Origin: Candidatus Lokiarchaeum ossiferum
GTDB taxonomy: Archaea > Asgardarchaeota > Lokiarchaeia > Sigyniarchaeales > Promethearchaeaceae
DNA: 24,000 bases
Reading direction: 5' to 3'
NCBI GenBank assembly: GCA_025839675.1
Contig: CP104013.1
Span: 4,529,675-4,553,674, forward strand
The position numbers were made by a program, and so were the translations under genes. The notes below the pieces were generated by a model, which saw nothing but the letters and a program-made list of their open reading frames with translations, was not told the origin of the DNA and did not search any database. Below are positions 16,327 to 24,000 of this stretch, one piece after another (position 1 is the first letter of the stretch; every line of letters starts with the position of its first letter).

Positions 16327-16695
16327 CCTTTTTTTAAGAAATTTATCTGAATTATTCTTCGTGAAAATCATATATAAATTATACAATATTGGCTAAGATC
16401 GGATAGTAGTGAAAAATAAACCCTAAAAAAAAGATAATTCCTTCTTCTAATTGTGATTTAAATGAATAAAATAATTACCTGCATTGGAATCCCAAGCTGA
16501 ATATTTTGGCCAAAGTCTTGAAATATGGGTGATTTTCAAAGGAGTTTTTAAAAATATCGATAATCCTCAAGAAAATAACATCCAAAATATAATTGATACA
16601 CGCCTGTCCCCCAAAAAAAAACACCGACTTCCTTTCAAAATAACCTTACTCGGGATTTTCACAATTATCAGATTTGCTGCATGAGGGAGTTAAAA

Positions 16696-16790
16696 AGAAG
16701 CAAAATGTTTCAAATCTAACAAACCTAAGTCAAAATTTTGGGTACACATTTTTGAGGGGGGACTTTGGGAAAAAACTCGAATTCTTCTCA
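16696..16790 (+). repeat. Copy B of the modular direct repeat (core 16746-16783), about 97 nt upstream of the hybrid kinase start
   Basis: The blocks are agaagcaaaa (16696-705), caaaattt (16731-38), core acatttttgaggggggactttgggaaaaaacTcgaatt (16746-83) and cttctca (16784-90). Confidence 0.85.
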
Positions 16791-16879
16791 TAAAATTTGC
16801 AATACAAGAATATAATATAGGGTCACAAACTTAGGAACATACTATAGCGCATCTATTTTAGTTTTTGGATCGGGCTCGC

Positions 16880-18742
16880 ATGCTTAAAAACAACATGGTT
16901 ATTCAGCTTTTGGAAGAGAATGGCTTTTTTCTGTGGGAAACAGATTACAAATATATTTTGAAGTATTTGAGTCCACTTGCGGCCACAATTTCTGGTATCC
17001 CAATGGAAAAGATGCTGGGTATGTCAATCTTTGACTTCCTTCCTGATGTCGATTCACCAGAAGTGTTGTGGTCCAGGAACCTAACTCACAATCCATCAAC
17101 AATTCATGTGCAATGTGAATTTATTCAAAAGGATGGGCAAATAAATTCCTTAGAAATAATGGGACATCGCCAACAAAAAAACGATGGAGATTACTTTGTT
17201 GGAACAGGGAAGCTTTTGGATACATCTGATGAAAAGAATCGATTGTTTGTTCAGCGGGAACAACGATTGCGGATGCTTTTTGAGACTGCCAACGATCTAA
17301 TTATGGATTTAGACAAGCAGGAAAATATTTTATCTATAAATCCTGCAGGATGTGCCCTTTTAGGGTACAAACCTCAAGAATTATCTGGTAATAGCATTAA
17401 GATGGTGATTGACCCCCAATTTCATAATATTTCCGACGAGTATTCCTTGAAGAAATTAAAACATGAAACGGACGTCACCACGTATGAGATCAACTTCATT
17501 TCAAAAAGTGGAGAAAAAATTCCACTCGAATTAAGTACTCGATTATTATATTCTGGAGAAGAGATTATTGGGTATCAAGGGATTGGAAGGGATATTAGAG
17601 AGCGTCGCAGGTTTGAAGAAGAACGGATTAAAACTCAAAAATTAGAATCCATCGGGTTATTGGCAGGAGGAATTGCCCATGATTTTAATAATATCTTGGT
17701 ATCTATTATTGGAAATATTAATTTATTACAGTTTCAAGAAGATGCAAATAAGGAAACAAAAGAAATTCTTCACGATCTTGAAACAGGTGCGTTTAGAGCA
17801 CGAGATTTGACAAAGCAATTACTAACATTTTCAAAAGGGGGTTCACCCGTAAAAAAAATTATGGATATTAAAACAATTTTGAAAGAATCTGCTTCATTCA
17901 TTCTTCGTGGGTCAAAATCGACTTGCAAATATATTTTTGAAGAAAATATCCCTCCGGTAGACGTTGATCCCGGGCAAATCAGTCAAGTTATGCATAATTT
18001 ACTGATGAATGCAATTCAAGCGATGTCTCGGGGCGGAACCATCAAAATTTACTTATCTAATGTTGCATCAAACACCCTTCCGAGTTCTCTTAATCCCGAT
18101 CTAAAGTATATTCGAATCGCAGTTCGGGACACGGGCCACGGAATTCCTAAACATTTGCAGGAAAAAATATTTGATCCTTATTTTACTACAAAAAAAACTG
18201 GTACGGGGCTAGGTTTGGCAACAAGTTATTCTATAATTAAAAATCATAATGGACTCCTGAGTTTTACTTCTGAATCTGGTATTGGTTCGACTTTTTCTTT
18301 CTATTTACCGACAATTGATGCAGAAGTCAAACCTCTCGAATCAGATCTCCCCATCGCAATCCGACAAATGAATCGGATTTTGGTAATGGATGATGATAAA
18401 AACATTCATCTCCTCCTAAGCCGAATCCTAAAAAAACTAGGATTTCGGAGTACGTTTACTTTTGAAGGTGGGGAAACCATCCAATCCTTTCTTAATGCCA
18501 AGAAACAAAAGGATCCCTATAAAATGATAATTATGGACTTGACGATTCCTGGTGGCATGGGGGGGAAAGAAACGGTCAAGCGAATCCGCGATCTGGATTC
18601 GGAAGTTTCGATAATAGTATCTTCGGGTTATTCTAACGATCCAATTATGGCTCATCATAGTGAATATGGGTTCGATGGTGTTTTGATAAAACCTTATACA
18701 TTACGACAGCTTAAGCAAGTGCTCGCTGAATATTCAAATTAA
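16880..18742 (+). CDS. Hybrid sensor histidine kinase (PAS-PAS-HisKA-HATPase_c-REC)
   Basis: The ORF-track start at 16865 is a TTG, and the first ATG is at 16880. There are two PAS-like segments. The H-box is GGIAHDFNNILVSIIG, the N-box HNLLMNAIQA, G1 RDTGHGIP and G2 GTGLGLA. The C-terminal receiver has ILVMDDD, IIMDLTIPGG, IVSSGYS and LIKPY. Confidence 0.9.
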   Translation: MLKNNMVIQLLEENGFFLWETDYKYILKYLSPLAATISGIPMEKMLGMSIFDFLPDVDSPEVLWSRNLTHNPSTIHVQCEFIQKDGQINSLEIMGHRQQKNDGDYFVGTGKLLDTSDEKNRLFVQREQRLRMLFETANDLIMDLDKQENILSINPAGCALLGYKPQELSGNSIKMVIDPQFHNISDEYSLKKLKHETDVTTYEINFISKSGEKIPLELSTRLLYSGEEIIGYQGIGRDIRERRRFEEERIKTQKLESIGLLAGGIAHDFNNILVSIIGNINLLQFQEDANKETKEILHDLETGAFRARDLTKQLLTFSKGGSPVKKIMDIKTILKESASFILRGSKSTCKYIFEENIPPVDVDPGQISQVMHNLLMNAIQAMSRGGTIKIYLSNVASNTLPSSLNPDLKYIRIAVRDTGHGIPKHLQEKIFDPYFTTKKTGTGLGLATSYSIIKNHNGLLSFTSESGIGSTFSFYLPTIDAEVKPLESDLPIAIRQMNRILVMDDDKNIHLLLSRILKKLGFRSTFTFEGGETIQSFLNAKKQKDPYKMIIMDLTIPGGMGGKETVKRIRDLDSEVSIIVSSGYSNDPIMAHHSEYGFDGVLIKPYTLRQLKQVLAEYSN

Positions 18743-19314
18743 GATTTTGATCGAAGCAGATGATGAATTTCTGCCTTAAGGGTATCAATTTTCTTCACTA
18801 ACTTATCTTCTTGCGATTGATCAATACATGGATCATCTAATTGTTTAAGAAGTTGGTCGATTTCTTGACGTTTGGATAAAATTTCTGCGGGTAATCCCTC
18901 AATATTCTTTTCTTTTTTGGCTTTTTGAGGAAATTTGGCGTGCTCCCTCGATTTTTGAAATAAACTATCACCAATGTGACGAATAAGTTCTTCAGGGGAT
19001 GAATTTTCAAGATTTAGGGAGGGTTTTTTTATAACTTCACAATTTTTTTGCTGCTGCTCCAGAAAATCTTGATATTCTTCTGCTCCAAGTGCATTTGTGA
19101 TGAAGAATGTCCCTTCATGGATTGTGAAAAAGATATCTTGGAAATTTTGGAGGTCCGAATCTTTGTTATTTTGTTGGGATGTTGAAAGATCTTTGTAATA
19201 AAACACACAATGGGGGGTAGTTAAAATGATGAAGGCTTGAAAAGCTTTTTGCTTCAAATGGACCATATTTTGCGCAGAAAAGAACTCCGTTTTCAATGTG
19301 GGTATCTGTGTCAT
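18739..19314 (-). CDS. Hypothetical protein (191 aa)
   Basis: ATG start. The N-terminal half has alternating hydrophobic strands (AFIILTTPHCVFYYKD, IFFTIHEGTFFITN). The C-terminal half is charged and helical. The stop codon overlaps the kinase stop by 4 nt in a convergent arrangement. I recognise no family. Confidence 0.5.
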   Translation of the reverse strand: MTQIPTLKTEFFSAQNMVHLKQKAFQAFIILTTPHCVFYYKDLSTSQQNNKDSDLQNFQDIFFTIHEGTFFITNALGAEEYQDFLEQQQKNCEVIKKPSLNLENSSPEELIRHIGDSLFQKSREHAKFPQKAKKEKNIEGLPAEILSKRQEIDQLLKQLDDPCIDQSQEDKLVKKIDTLKAEIHHLLRSKS

Positions 19315-19416
19315 CGGAAGTAGCTCGGTACCTTACTAAAAGTGGAGGTGTCTTAAAGGCGTTGGGATCGGGCTTCCATTGATTTTTAAGGGATAAATTG
19401 CATTACACCTTTAGAT

Positions 19417-20646
19417 ATGAAGATCCCTTCCAGAATTATGCAACTTATCCATAGGCGTATTTTCTTGTGTGTACTGGTAATATTGAGTTTTATGCTTATT
19501 CCTTTAAATAGGGCAGGATCTCCAATTGTTTCAGAAAATTTTCAGCCTTCTGGACAAGCACTAACGAAAACTTTATCGGGGTATAGTTATTTTCATGATA
19601 ATGATGGTTATACTGGGTTTTATGGTGAATCGATCCAAATTGGGCATGAATTTGATTTTTATAATGAAGAATGGCGTGGATGGGCCGAGTGGGACATTTC
19701 GGACATTCCTGAATCTGCAAATATAACTGCTGCGGGGCTTCGAATTGATGTGACTGGAATTCCAGTATCATGTGACTATCAGCGGGCTCAATTAGATGTG
19801 TATCAGATGACAAATCAGCCTTCGCTCTCTATTAATGATCCTGAATTATTATTTCTGGATGCGGGATCAGGCCTTCATCTCCGCGAGAATGTTTCCTATC
19901 CTTTAAGTGATAATGGAGTATATCCAACATCCACTTCCTTTATTACTTTGGATCATGTTGCAATTCAAATTTTGAATGAATCGACTGCATCCGGTTGGTT
20001 TGCTGTGGGTTTTTCTGATTATTATCATTCTGATTTGGGGCATGATAGTGATCAAGATGAAGGGGTCATTTTCGAAATTCTTGCATTTGAAATAAATTAT
20101 ACAGAGGGAGGTCAAGCCTATTCTCAAAATTTTTCCCAAGATGATCCCTCCGGATCAGGTTCAACCACCACGGAGACTTCAACTGGAGATGGTGGTGCGA
20201 TTGATCCAGCCTCCATCATTATTATAGTTGTCACTATTGTTGTGATTCTTATTGCAGTAGGTATTACTCAAAAACGAAATCAAAATCGATCAAAGAGTTC
20301 TGAATATTCCTTGTTGAATTCTTCGGGTTCACAAGCTGTTGGTCAAAAACGATTCAAGTCAAAAAAAAAAGAATCGAAAAACCGAGTTAATGAAAAGAAA
20401 TTATTAAAGAAATTTAAAAGTATCATGGAGATTTCCCAAAGAATTTCCATTGAATCGGTTGCTACCAGCTTAGAAGTCACAGAAAAACAATTATTCGAAT
20501 TGCTTTTGAAATGGAAAAGATCTTTGCCTGTGATCATAGATGGGGATTTTATTCTCATTAATGATATTACCGAATTTGTGGGAGCATTGGATCAAGAATT
20601 TTCTGATTGGGATTCCCATCAAAAGACGAAAGATGGGAAAGTGTGA
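19417..20646 (+). CDS. Single-pass (type I-like) membrane protein with an extracellular domain, a Ser/Thr/Gly stalk, a TM helix, and a basic juxtamembrane region followed by a winged-helix-like cytoplasmic tail
   Basis: The N-terminal signal/anchor is IFLCVLVILSFMLIPL. The ectodomain contains RGWAEWDISDIPESANITAAGLRIDVTG. The stalk is GSGSTTTETSTGDGG and the TM helix is SIIIIVVTIVVILIAVGI. The cytoplasmic part runs KRNQNRSK...KKKESKNR, then ISIESVATSLEVTEKQLFELLLKWKRSLPVIIDGDFILIND, and ends ALDQEFSDWDSHQKTKDGKV. Confidence 0.65.
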   Translation: MKIPSRIMQLIHRRIFLCVLVILSFMLIPLNRAGSPIVSENFQPSGQALTKTLSGYSYFHDNDGYTGFYGESIQIGHEFDFYNEEWRGWAEWDISDIPESANITAAGLRIDVTGIPVSCDYQRAQLDVYQMTNQPSLSINDPELLFLDAGSGLHLRENVSYPLSDNGVYPTSTSFITLDHVAIQILNESTASGWFAVGFSDYYHSDLGHDSDQDEGVIFEILAFEINYTEGGQAYSQNFSQDDPSGSGSTTTETSTGDGGAIDPASIIIIVVTIVVILIAVGITQKRNQNRSKSSEYSLLNSSGSQAVGQKRFKSKKKESKNRVNEKKLLKKFKSIMEISQRISIESVATSLEVTEKQLFELLLKWKRSLPVIIDGDFILINDITEFVGALDQEFSDWDSHQKTKDGKV

Positions 20647-20677
20647 ACACTTTGCGATGTCAATTCAGGAAAATGAA

Positions 20678-20688
20678 TTTTTTTTTTT
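20678..20688 (+). terminator. Oligo-T tract (T11) downstream of the 19417-20646 gene
   Basis: gaaTTTTTTTTTTTaaa lies 32 nt after the stop codon. Confidence 0.4.
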
Positions 20689-20740
20689 AAACTCGTTTTG
20701 TCGGAGTAAATTTTAATAGCTTTTACAGCAACATTGATCC

Positions 20741-21841
20741 ATGCGAGAAGATCTCCGAAATCAACGTTACAAAGTTGATAAAGTTGAATCTAAAGCCTTG
20801 GAAGGAAACCCTCTAAAGGTAACGAATGTAAGGGATGTTTCTATCTATCTCCCTCCTTCCTATTTTGAGGATGAAACAACGAAATTTCCTGTGATTTATT
20901 TGCTCCATGGGTATGGAGGGTCGATAACTGATTTAATTGTGGGGACTCAAGCAGATTTCAAACGGAATTATCCATTAATTTTGCGAATTTTGTTAAAAAA
21001 AGTTTTTAGTAATCTTACAACTTTTGAAAAGCTGGATCAGCTAATTATGAGTAAGGAAATTCCTCCTTTCATCTTAGTTCAGCCAGACGGATCCTTGAGG
21101 ATCCACGATATGTTTGAAACAAAAAATCCTGATGGATCTTACAAGATGAAAGGAAGTTTCTATGTAAATTCTCCCTTCACGGGAAACTATAATGACTTTA
21201 TTTTTGAAGAAGTTCCTTCTTATATAGAACAAAAATATCGCGTTAAACCTCAAAAAGAATCTCGTGCATTAATTGGAGGTTCGATGGGAGGATACGGTGC
21301 TCTTTTAGGTGGGATGAAATATCCTGACCAATATAACATTGTCGTTGCCTTGAGTCCCTTGATTATTCCTCTCAATCTCTTCAACGTGGAAATGATGATG
21401 CCCATTTATCGCAAAATTTATGGAAAAAAGAAAGCTAAAGCAATAGGCCAAAAAGACATCGATGATATTCGTGATTCTTCGGATTTAATCTTCTCTCACA
21501 ATGCACCCGTTATCCCCACAATGCAGAAAAATGATGGGAAAATTATTTTAACAAATCAAGAAGGTATTGCAAATTGGCAAACCGCGGATTTAACTAATGT
21601 AATTTTGCAATATCCCTCTGCATTCAAAGATCTTACCTTGATCCTTAGTTGTGATATTTTAGATGAGTATCATTTTGCGCCTGAAATTAGAGAATTTCAT
21701 CAAGTGCTCTTGAATCATAATATTCCGCATGAGATCGATATATATGAGGATAGTCAAGCAGAAAAAATATCTCCTCATACTCTTGGAATCGGAAATCAAA
21801 TTCTCCCTTCTATAAAGAGATGTCTGAATGAGATTAAATAA
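20741..21841 (+). CDS. Alpha/beta-hydrolase, putative esterase (esterase D / enterochelin-esterase-like family)
   Basis: 366 aa. It has the oxyanion region PVIYLLHGYGGS and the nucleophile elbow LIGGSMGGYGALLGG (GxSxG), with the overall spacing typical of the 'putative esterase' family. Confidence 0.75.
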   Translation: MREDLRNQRYKVDKVESKALEGNPLKVTNVRDVSIYLPPSYFEDETTKFPVIYLLHGYGGSITDLIVGTQADFKRNYPLILRILLKKVFSNLTTFEKLDQLIMSKEIPPFILVQPDGSLRIHDMFETKNPDGSYKMKGSFYVNSPFTGNYNDFIFEEVPSYIEQKYRVKPQKESRALIGGSMGGYGALLGGMKYPDQYNIVVALSPLIIPLNLFNVEMMMPIYRKIYGKKKAKAIGQKDIDDIRDSSDLIFSHNAPVIPTMQKNDGKIILTNQEGIANWQTADLTNVILQYPSAFKDLTLILSCDILDEYHFAPEIREFHQVLLNHNIPHEIDIYEDSQAEKISPHTLGIGNQILPSIKRCLNEIK

Positions 21842-21875
21842 GGGATTGAGTGAATGTGATTGAAAAACCAATATA

Positions 21876-22121
21876 TTAGGGCTCAATTTTGAAGCAAGAT
21901 GTTCCTGGATTCGGTGATTTTTTTCGAGATAACCGAAATCCTTCCTTTTTCATTTGTGCGATAAATTTTTGGGATTGTACGTAGGATTTGAGAATTGTTC
22001 CTTTATTGAAACCATGGATTATTTGAAGAATTTGATCATTTTTAGCCTTACACTCTTTCAAGGTGTGCAAAATTTCGATATACGCTTCTGCTTGTTCATA
22101 TCCATGCAAATCACATTCCAT
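21876..22121 (-). CDS. Stand-alone Smr (small MutS-related) domain protein
   Basis: 81 aa. CDLHGYEQAEA matches the Smr DLHG...EA motif, LQIIHGFNKGTILKSYV matches the IIHGxGxG...L motif, and the C-terminus has PGTSCFKI (Smr GxGxxxV). It lies 39 nt downstream of the DHp-REC gene on the same strand. Confidence 0.7.
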   Translation of the reverse strand: MECDLHGYEQAEAYIEILHTLKECKAKNDQILQIIHGFNKGTILKSYVQSQKFIAQMKKEGFRLSRKKSPNPGTSCFKIEP

Positions 22122-22160
22122 TAAAGATCAAAAGAAGTTAACATTATTTCCTTGAAAAAT

Positions 22161-23417
22161 TTATGGTAAAGGATTAGTTGTATGATGTTGAGTAATGACA
22201 TTATTAAGAACCTGACTCAATTGCGCAATATCATAGGGTTTTTTTAATACACCACGAAAACCATGGTGCGTGTAATCCTTAAAAATGGGGTCTTTAGCAT
22301 ATCCACTGGAAACAATTGCATTGATATTCGGATCAATTTTTAGCCAAATAAGAGCTCCAAATCCTCCCAATCCTCCGAGTTCGGATAGATCAAGGATAAC
22401 AGCATCGTATTTCTTCCTTTCTTTCATGCTTTTTTGATATAATTTGAGTGCTTCTTCAATTCGGGCTGCAGTATCAACTTTGTAACCCAAACGGGAAATC
22501 ATTTTTTGGGTTGTATGGCGGAGACTCGCTTCATCATCCAACAGTAATATTCTTCCCTTTCCCAAAACCATTTTTTCTTTAGTTAACGTGCGTAACATAT
22601 TTCGATCAGGTATATTTGTGTGCTTTTGATAGATTTCGGTATTTTTACTCAAATTTTTGGAAATAGTTAACAAGCGTGATGTCAAGTCTCTTGCTCTATC
22701 ACAAGATTTTTCTGCATCGGTCAAACTTTCATATTGTTCGTCTTCTTTTTGAGCGTCGAGTTTAGCTAAAGCCACATTTCCCAAGATTGATGACAGAACA
22801 TTGTTTAAAGTGTGTCCAATGGTTCTTCCCATCATACTAATGGATCCTAACTTCAATTCTAGTTCAGTTATTTTCCGTTTAAGTATCAAATTTTCTTCAA
22901 ATGTTTTGTTGGATTCTTTTTTGATATTTTTTTTTTTTTTTAATTTAGGGATTGATTTTCGGATAATATCATGATTGTTGCTAAGGTGTTCTTTTTGCTT
23001 AAGTATATCTTCAAAAAGGCTTAAAAATTTAATTTCCACCTCTCCAGAATCATTTTCGATAGGATTGAGGGTTGAAATGTCAGAATTAAAATAAAATTCA
23101 GTTAAATTGTGTAAGAGAGTATTGGCGAGATTGTCGGAACAATCCTTAGTTGTGATTAAGACAAAGATATCATTGCATTGAATTTTACTACTATAAATTT
23201 TAAATTCCTCAAATTCTACATACCGAAGTATATCACCATCGAAAAATACTTCACCAGACGAATTCAAAGCTGAAAAAAATCCAGCAAAAAATAAATCTTC
23301 CTGATTCCATTTCATTTCAAAATATGGTGTTGCAAACCACTTGAAGAAGGGGACTCCGGATGAACGAATCCAATAAAAACCGCAAAAAGAATGATTTGAA
23401 TTCAATATATCTTCCAC
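22161..23417 (-). CDS. Signalling protein with an N-terminal longin/roadblock-like module, a coiled coil, a HisKA-like DHp helix pair and a receiver domain, but no HATPase_c domain
   Basis: GTG start at 23417, preceded by AAGGAGGA 7-8 nt upstream. The DHp region is GRTIGHTLNNVLSSILGNVALAKL...CDRARDLTSRLLTISKN, which aligns with GGIAHDFNNILVSIIGNINLLQ...AFRARDLTKQLLTFSKG of the 16880 kinase. Only about 40 aa separate the DHp from the receiver (ILLLDDE, VILDLSELGG, IVSSGYA, LKKPY). No N/G1/G2 boxes are present. Confidence 0.75.
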   Translation of the reverse strand: MEDILNSNHSFCGFYWIRSSGVPFFKWFATPYFEMKWNQEDLFFAGFFSALNSSGEVFFDGDILRYVEFEEFKIYSSKIQCNDIFVLITTKDCSDNLANTLLHNLTEFYFNSDISTLNPIENDSGEVEIKFLSLFEDILKQKEHLSNNHDIIRKSIPKLKKKKNIKKESNKTFEENLILKRKITELELKLGSISMMGRTIGHTLNNVLSSILGNVALAKLDAQKEDEQYESLTDAEKSCDRARDLTSRLLTISKNLSKNTEIYQKHTNIPDRNMLRTLTKEKMVLGKGRILLLDDEASLRHTTQKMISRLGYKVDTAARIEEALKLYQKSMKERKKYDAVILDLSELGGLGGFGALIWLKIDPNINAIVSSGYAKDPIFKDYTHHGFRGVLKKPYDIAQLSQVLNNVITQHHTTNPLP

Positions 23418-23605
23418 AACGATATCCTCCTTATAGGTTGACTTTCTTTTTAATCAAGAAATCTGAAAGCTCTATCTAATTTGTAGTGTTGGGACTTATT
23501 AATATATGATTTTTCTGGAATTTCTTGGAAAAATTCTGATAAGATTTGATAAATTGCTCTAATGATTTAGAAAAACAAAATTTATGATGAAAAGTATATT
23601 TTTGA

Positions 23606-24000
23606 TTAAATATCAGGTTTTAGTGAATTTAGTTCTTGGATTTTTTTTCTTCGTTCTGCTACTTCATTGAACCATGTTTTTAATCCCTTTAAATCAAATA
23701 GAATACGATCAATCAAAGTATACATTTCTGGATATCCTTTAAGGAATACTAATTTCTGTTTCGGGTCTCGCAATTGATCTTGAACTGCTTGGAGGCGTGG
23801 AATCCAGCCCATCAGTTGTTCGTGATAATAATGTCGAAACAGTCGGAAAGAAATCGCGATGTTTTTTAAAACATAACCATCTTTGGTTAGATTTGGTTGA
23901 ATAAATCTTTCGATAGCTAATTCCCGAAGTTTTTTATTTACGGTAGGCAGTGAAATTCCTGTTAATTCACACAATTTGGTGGATGAGAGGTGGCAACGAG
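23606..24000 (-). CDS. Helix-turn-helix (winged-helix type) putative transcription regulator, N-terminally truncated by the window end
   Basis: The ORF-track start at 23974 is a TTG, but the frame stays open to position 24000 (...RCHLSSTKLCELTGISLPTVNKKLRELAIERFI). That sequence is a typical HTH recognition segment. The true start is probably outside the window. Confidence 0.6.
   Translation of the reverse strand, partial: RCHLSSTKLCELTGISLPTVNKKLRELAIERFIQPNLTKDGYVLKNIAISFRLFRHYYHEQLMGWIPRLQAVQDQLRDPKQKLVFLKGYPEMYTLIDRILFDLKGLKTWFNEVAERRKKIQELNSLKPDI

Noticed and set aside
16484-16684. 66-aa plus-strand ORF in the intergenic region upstream of the hybrid kinase
   Set aside because: It starts at a non-ATG codon (TTG), has no motif or ribosome-binding site, and lies in the likely promoter region of the divergent surface-protein gene.
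18739-18742. 4-nt overlap of convergent stop codons (hybrid kinase TAA at 18740-18742 and the minus-strand ORF TAA at 18739-18741)
   Set aside because: This is real but trivial. Tail-to-tail overlap in an AT-rich compact genome needs no special mechanism, and no frameshift or recoding signal is evident.
19496-20558. Minus-strand ORFs of 105, 78 and 71 aa, and similar antisense ORFs at 16899-17102, 18437-18658, 21659-21886, 2601-2822, 10980-11192, 12980-13168 and 14574-14777
   Set aside because: All lie inside longer ORFs that have recognisable domains or clear membrane/secretion architecture, either on the opposite strand or in another frame.
23511-23545. Clustered TTC-N-GAA half-palindromes (ttctggaatttcttggaaaaattctga) upstream of the DHp-REC gene
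   Set aside because: These are short, imperfect and easily generated by chance in AT-rich DNA. I could not find a second matching site in the window to support a regulatory motif.

Overview
AT-rich, gene-dense chromosomal segment, about 85% coding by eye. I call it archaeal because one tRNA carries a 61-nt intron at the canonical anticodon-loop position, with the anticodon pairing into the intron, and because several genes have TATA-like boxes placed for leaderless transcripts. The gene content suggests an Asgard/Lokiarchaeia-type genome: many NHL/FN3/beta-propeller surface proteins and longin/roadblock-like N-terminal modules. That placement is inference only.

Layout:
- 1-3541 (-): chemotaxis operon, MCP-CheW-CheY-CheA, with CheA running off the window start.
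- 3749-5002 (-): amidohydrolase.
- 5270-6613 (-): polytopic membrane protein with a near-perfect 36-bp tandem repeat and a C-terminal zinc ribbon.
- 7119-11431: three poorly characterised proteins. They are a longin-like protein, a membrane plus coiled-coil protein, and a beta-propeller surface protein.
- 12149-12420 (-): tRNA-Met(CAU, intron-containing) and tRNA-Thr(GGU).
- 12949-16326 (-): about 1120-aa surface protein with 12 NHL blades, 5 FN3-like modules and a C-terminal anchor.
- 16880-18742 (+): PAS-PAS hybrid histidine kinase.
- 18739-24000: a hypothetical protein, a single-pass membrane protein with a cytoplasmic winged-helix-like tail, an esterase, a stand-alone Smr protein, a kinase-less DHp+receiver protein and a partial HTH regulator.

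I saw no rRNA, CRISPR array, transposase or integrase.

The most interesting points:
- The DHp+REC protein lacks a catalytic ATPase domain, carries a longin/roadblock-like N-terminus, and is paralogous to the nearby hybrid kinase.
- Two separate pairs of direct repeats each bracket a single gene.
- N-glycosylation sequons sit at the same position in repeat after repeat of the giant surface protein.
- Two unrelated membrane proteins share a C-terminal peptide.

All calls come from reading the sequence and translations. No database search was possible.
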